From Alphaproteobacteria bacterium (lineage in GTDB: Bacteria > Pseudomonadota > Alphaproteobacteria > MPNO01 > VGEU01): DNA of 64,000 nt. Both the position numbers and the translations under genes were made by a program. The stretch lies in assembly GCA_016869145.1 (NCBI GenBank), contig VGEU01000003.1, positions 664 to 64,663 on the forward strand, in the 5' to 3' direction. Positions 63,119-64,000 of the stretch are shown one piece after another (the stretch's first letter is position 1; each line of letters opens with the position of its first letter). Below the pieces are notes generated by a model. It searched no databases. It worked only from the letters and a program-made list of their open reading frames with translations, and was not told where the DNA came from.

Positions 63119-63979
63119 ATGGCGGTCACGCAACTCGGCTATCTCGGCTTCCAGGTGACGGATGCGGACACCTGGCGCCGGCTCGCGACCGAGATCATGG
63201 GGTTTGCGGTCAGCGACGAGGACGGCGTCATCTATCTCCGCTTCGACGAACGTCACCACCGCATCGCGTTGCGCCCGGGCAAAACCGACACGCTCGACTA
63301 CGCCGGTTGGGAGTGCGCCGATCTCGGCGCCTACGAGACAGCCGTCGCGCGCGCATCCCAAGCGGGCGTCGAGGTCACGACCGGCAACGCCGACGAGTGC
63401 GCGCGGCGCAAGGTCAAGGGCTTCGCGCGGTTTCGCGATCCCAATGGATTTCCGGTCGAGGTCTATCACGGATCGCTCCGCGAGATGCGCCCGTTCGTGC
63501 CGAGCCGGCCGGTGTCCGGGTACAAGACCGGCGCCCTCGGCCTCGGTCACGTCGTTCTGCGTTGCGCACGGCCGGAGCTCTCGGTCCGGTTCTATTGCGA
63601 CGTCCTCGGCATGCGCATCAGCGACACCGCCGACCTGCCGCGATTGTCGGCGACCTTCCTCCATTGCAACGCGCGCCATCACAGCCTCGCGCTCACCACC
63701 TCCCAGCCGGGTGGCGAGGGAACGGTCTCGCACGTCATGGTCGAGGCGTGCGCGATGGAGGATGTCGGCACCGCCTACGAGCTCTGCCAGCAGAAGGGCG
63801 TGCCGATCTGGCTGTCGCTCGGCCAGCACACCAATGATCGCGTGCTATCCTTCTATCTCCGCTCGCCGTCGGGCTTCGGTCTCGAGTACGGCTATGGCGG
63901 GCTCGAGATCGACGAGGCCACGTGGCGCGTCGAGCATTGGCGAAGCGGCAGCTTCTGGGGCCATACGCCGGCCGCGTGA
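63119..63979 (+). CDS. Type I extradiol dioxygenase (BphC/HsaC family)
   Basis: LGYLG, DERHHRI, GLGHVVL, HCNARHHS, SHVMVE, LGQHTND..LSFY..SPSGF..EYG. Confidence 0.93.
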   Translation: MAVTQLGYLGFQVTDADTWRRLATEIMGFAVSDEDGVIYLRFDERHHRIALRPGKTDTLDYAGWECADLGAYETAVARASQAGVEVTTGNADECARRKVKGFARFRDPNGFPVEVYHGSLREMRPFVPSRPVSGYKTGALGLGHVVLRCARPELSVRFYCDVLGMRISDTADLPRLSATFLHCNARHHSLALTTSQPGGEGTVSHVMVEACAMEDVGTAYELCQQKGVPIWLSLGQHTNDRVLSFYLRSPSGFGLEYGYGGLEIDEATWRVEHWRSGSFWGHTPAA

Positions 63980-64000
63980 GGGGAGGGAACGCCATGGCTC

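Overview
High-GC chromosomal DNA from an alphaproteobacterium; the CtrA box, PodJ-like motif, zinc-ribbon DinB and gene order suggest a Rhodospirillales-like host. Core genes (etfD-TPR-ispE; ispB-DUF2007-methyltransferase-S49-glyQ-glyS-ppdK; mnmA; apt, dinB, yajQ) and three tRNAs (Gln-TTG, Pro-CGG, Met-CAT) are interleaved with accessory catabolic genes, several of them broken by single stops, frameshifts or deletions. The most notable element is a ~9.3 kb island between tRNA-Met and an IS630 remnant (47547-56834). It encodes an ABC importer, a LigY-like meta-cleavage hydrolase, a LigZ/DesZ-like extradiol dioxygenase, an RraA/LigK-like aldolase, a FadR regulator, a PobA homologue with a remodelled phenol pocket, and a small reductive-dehalogenase-like protein. 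Together these form a candidate undescribed route for substituted (aryl or halo) 4-hydroxybenzoates. Other notable items are an HmfH-like oxidase/UbiD/FAH operon, an OxoO/OxoR-like Rieske cluster with an extradiol dioxygenase, tandem mini-PodJ ORFs split by one in-frame stop, and a CADD-like diiron protein. All family calls come from motif recognition and recalled reference sequences; no database search was run.
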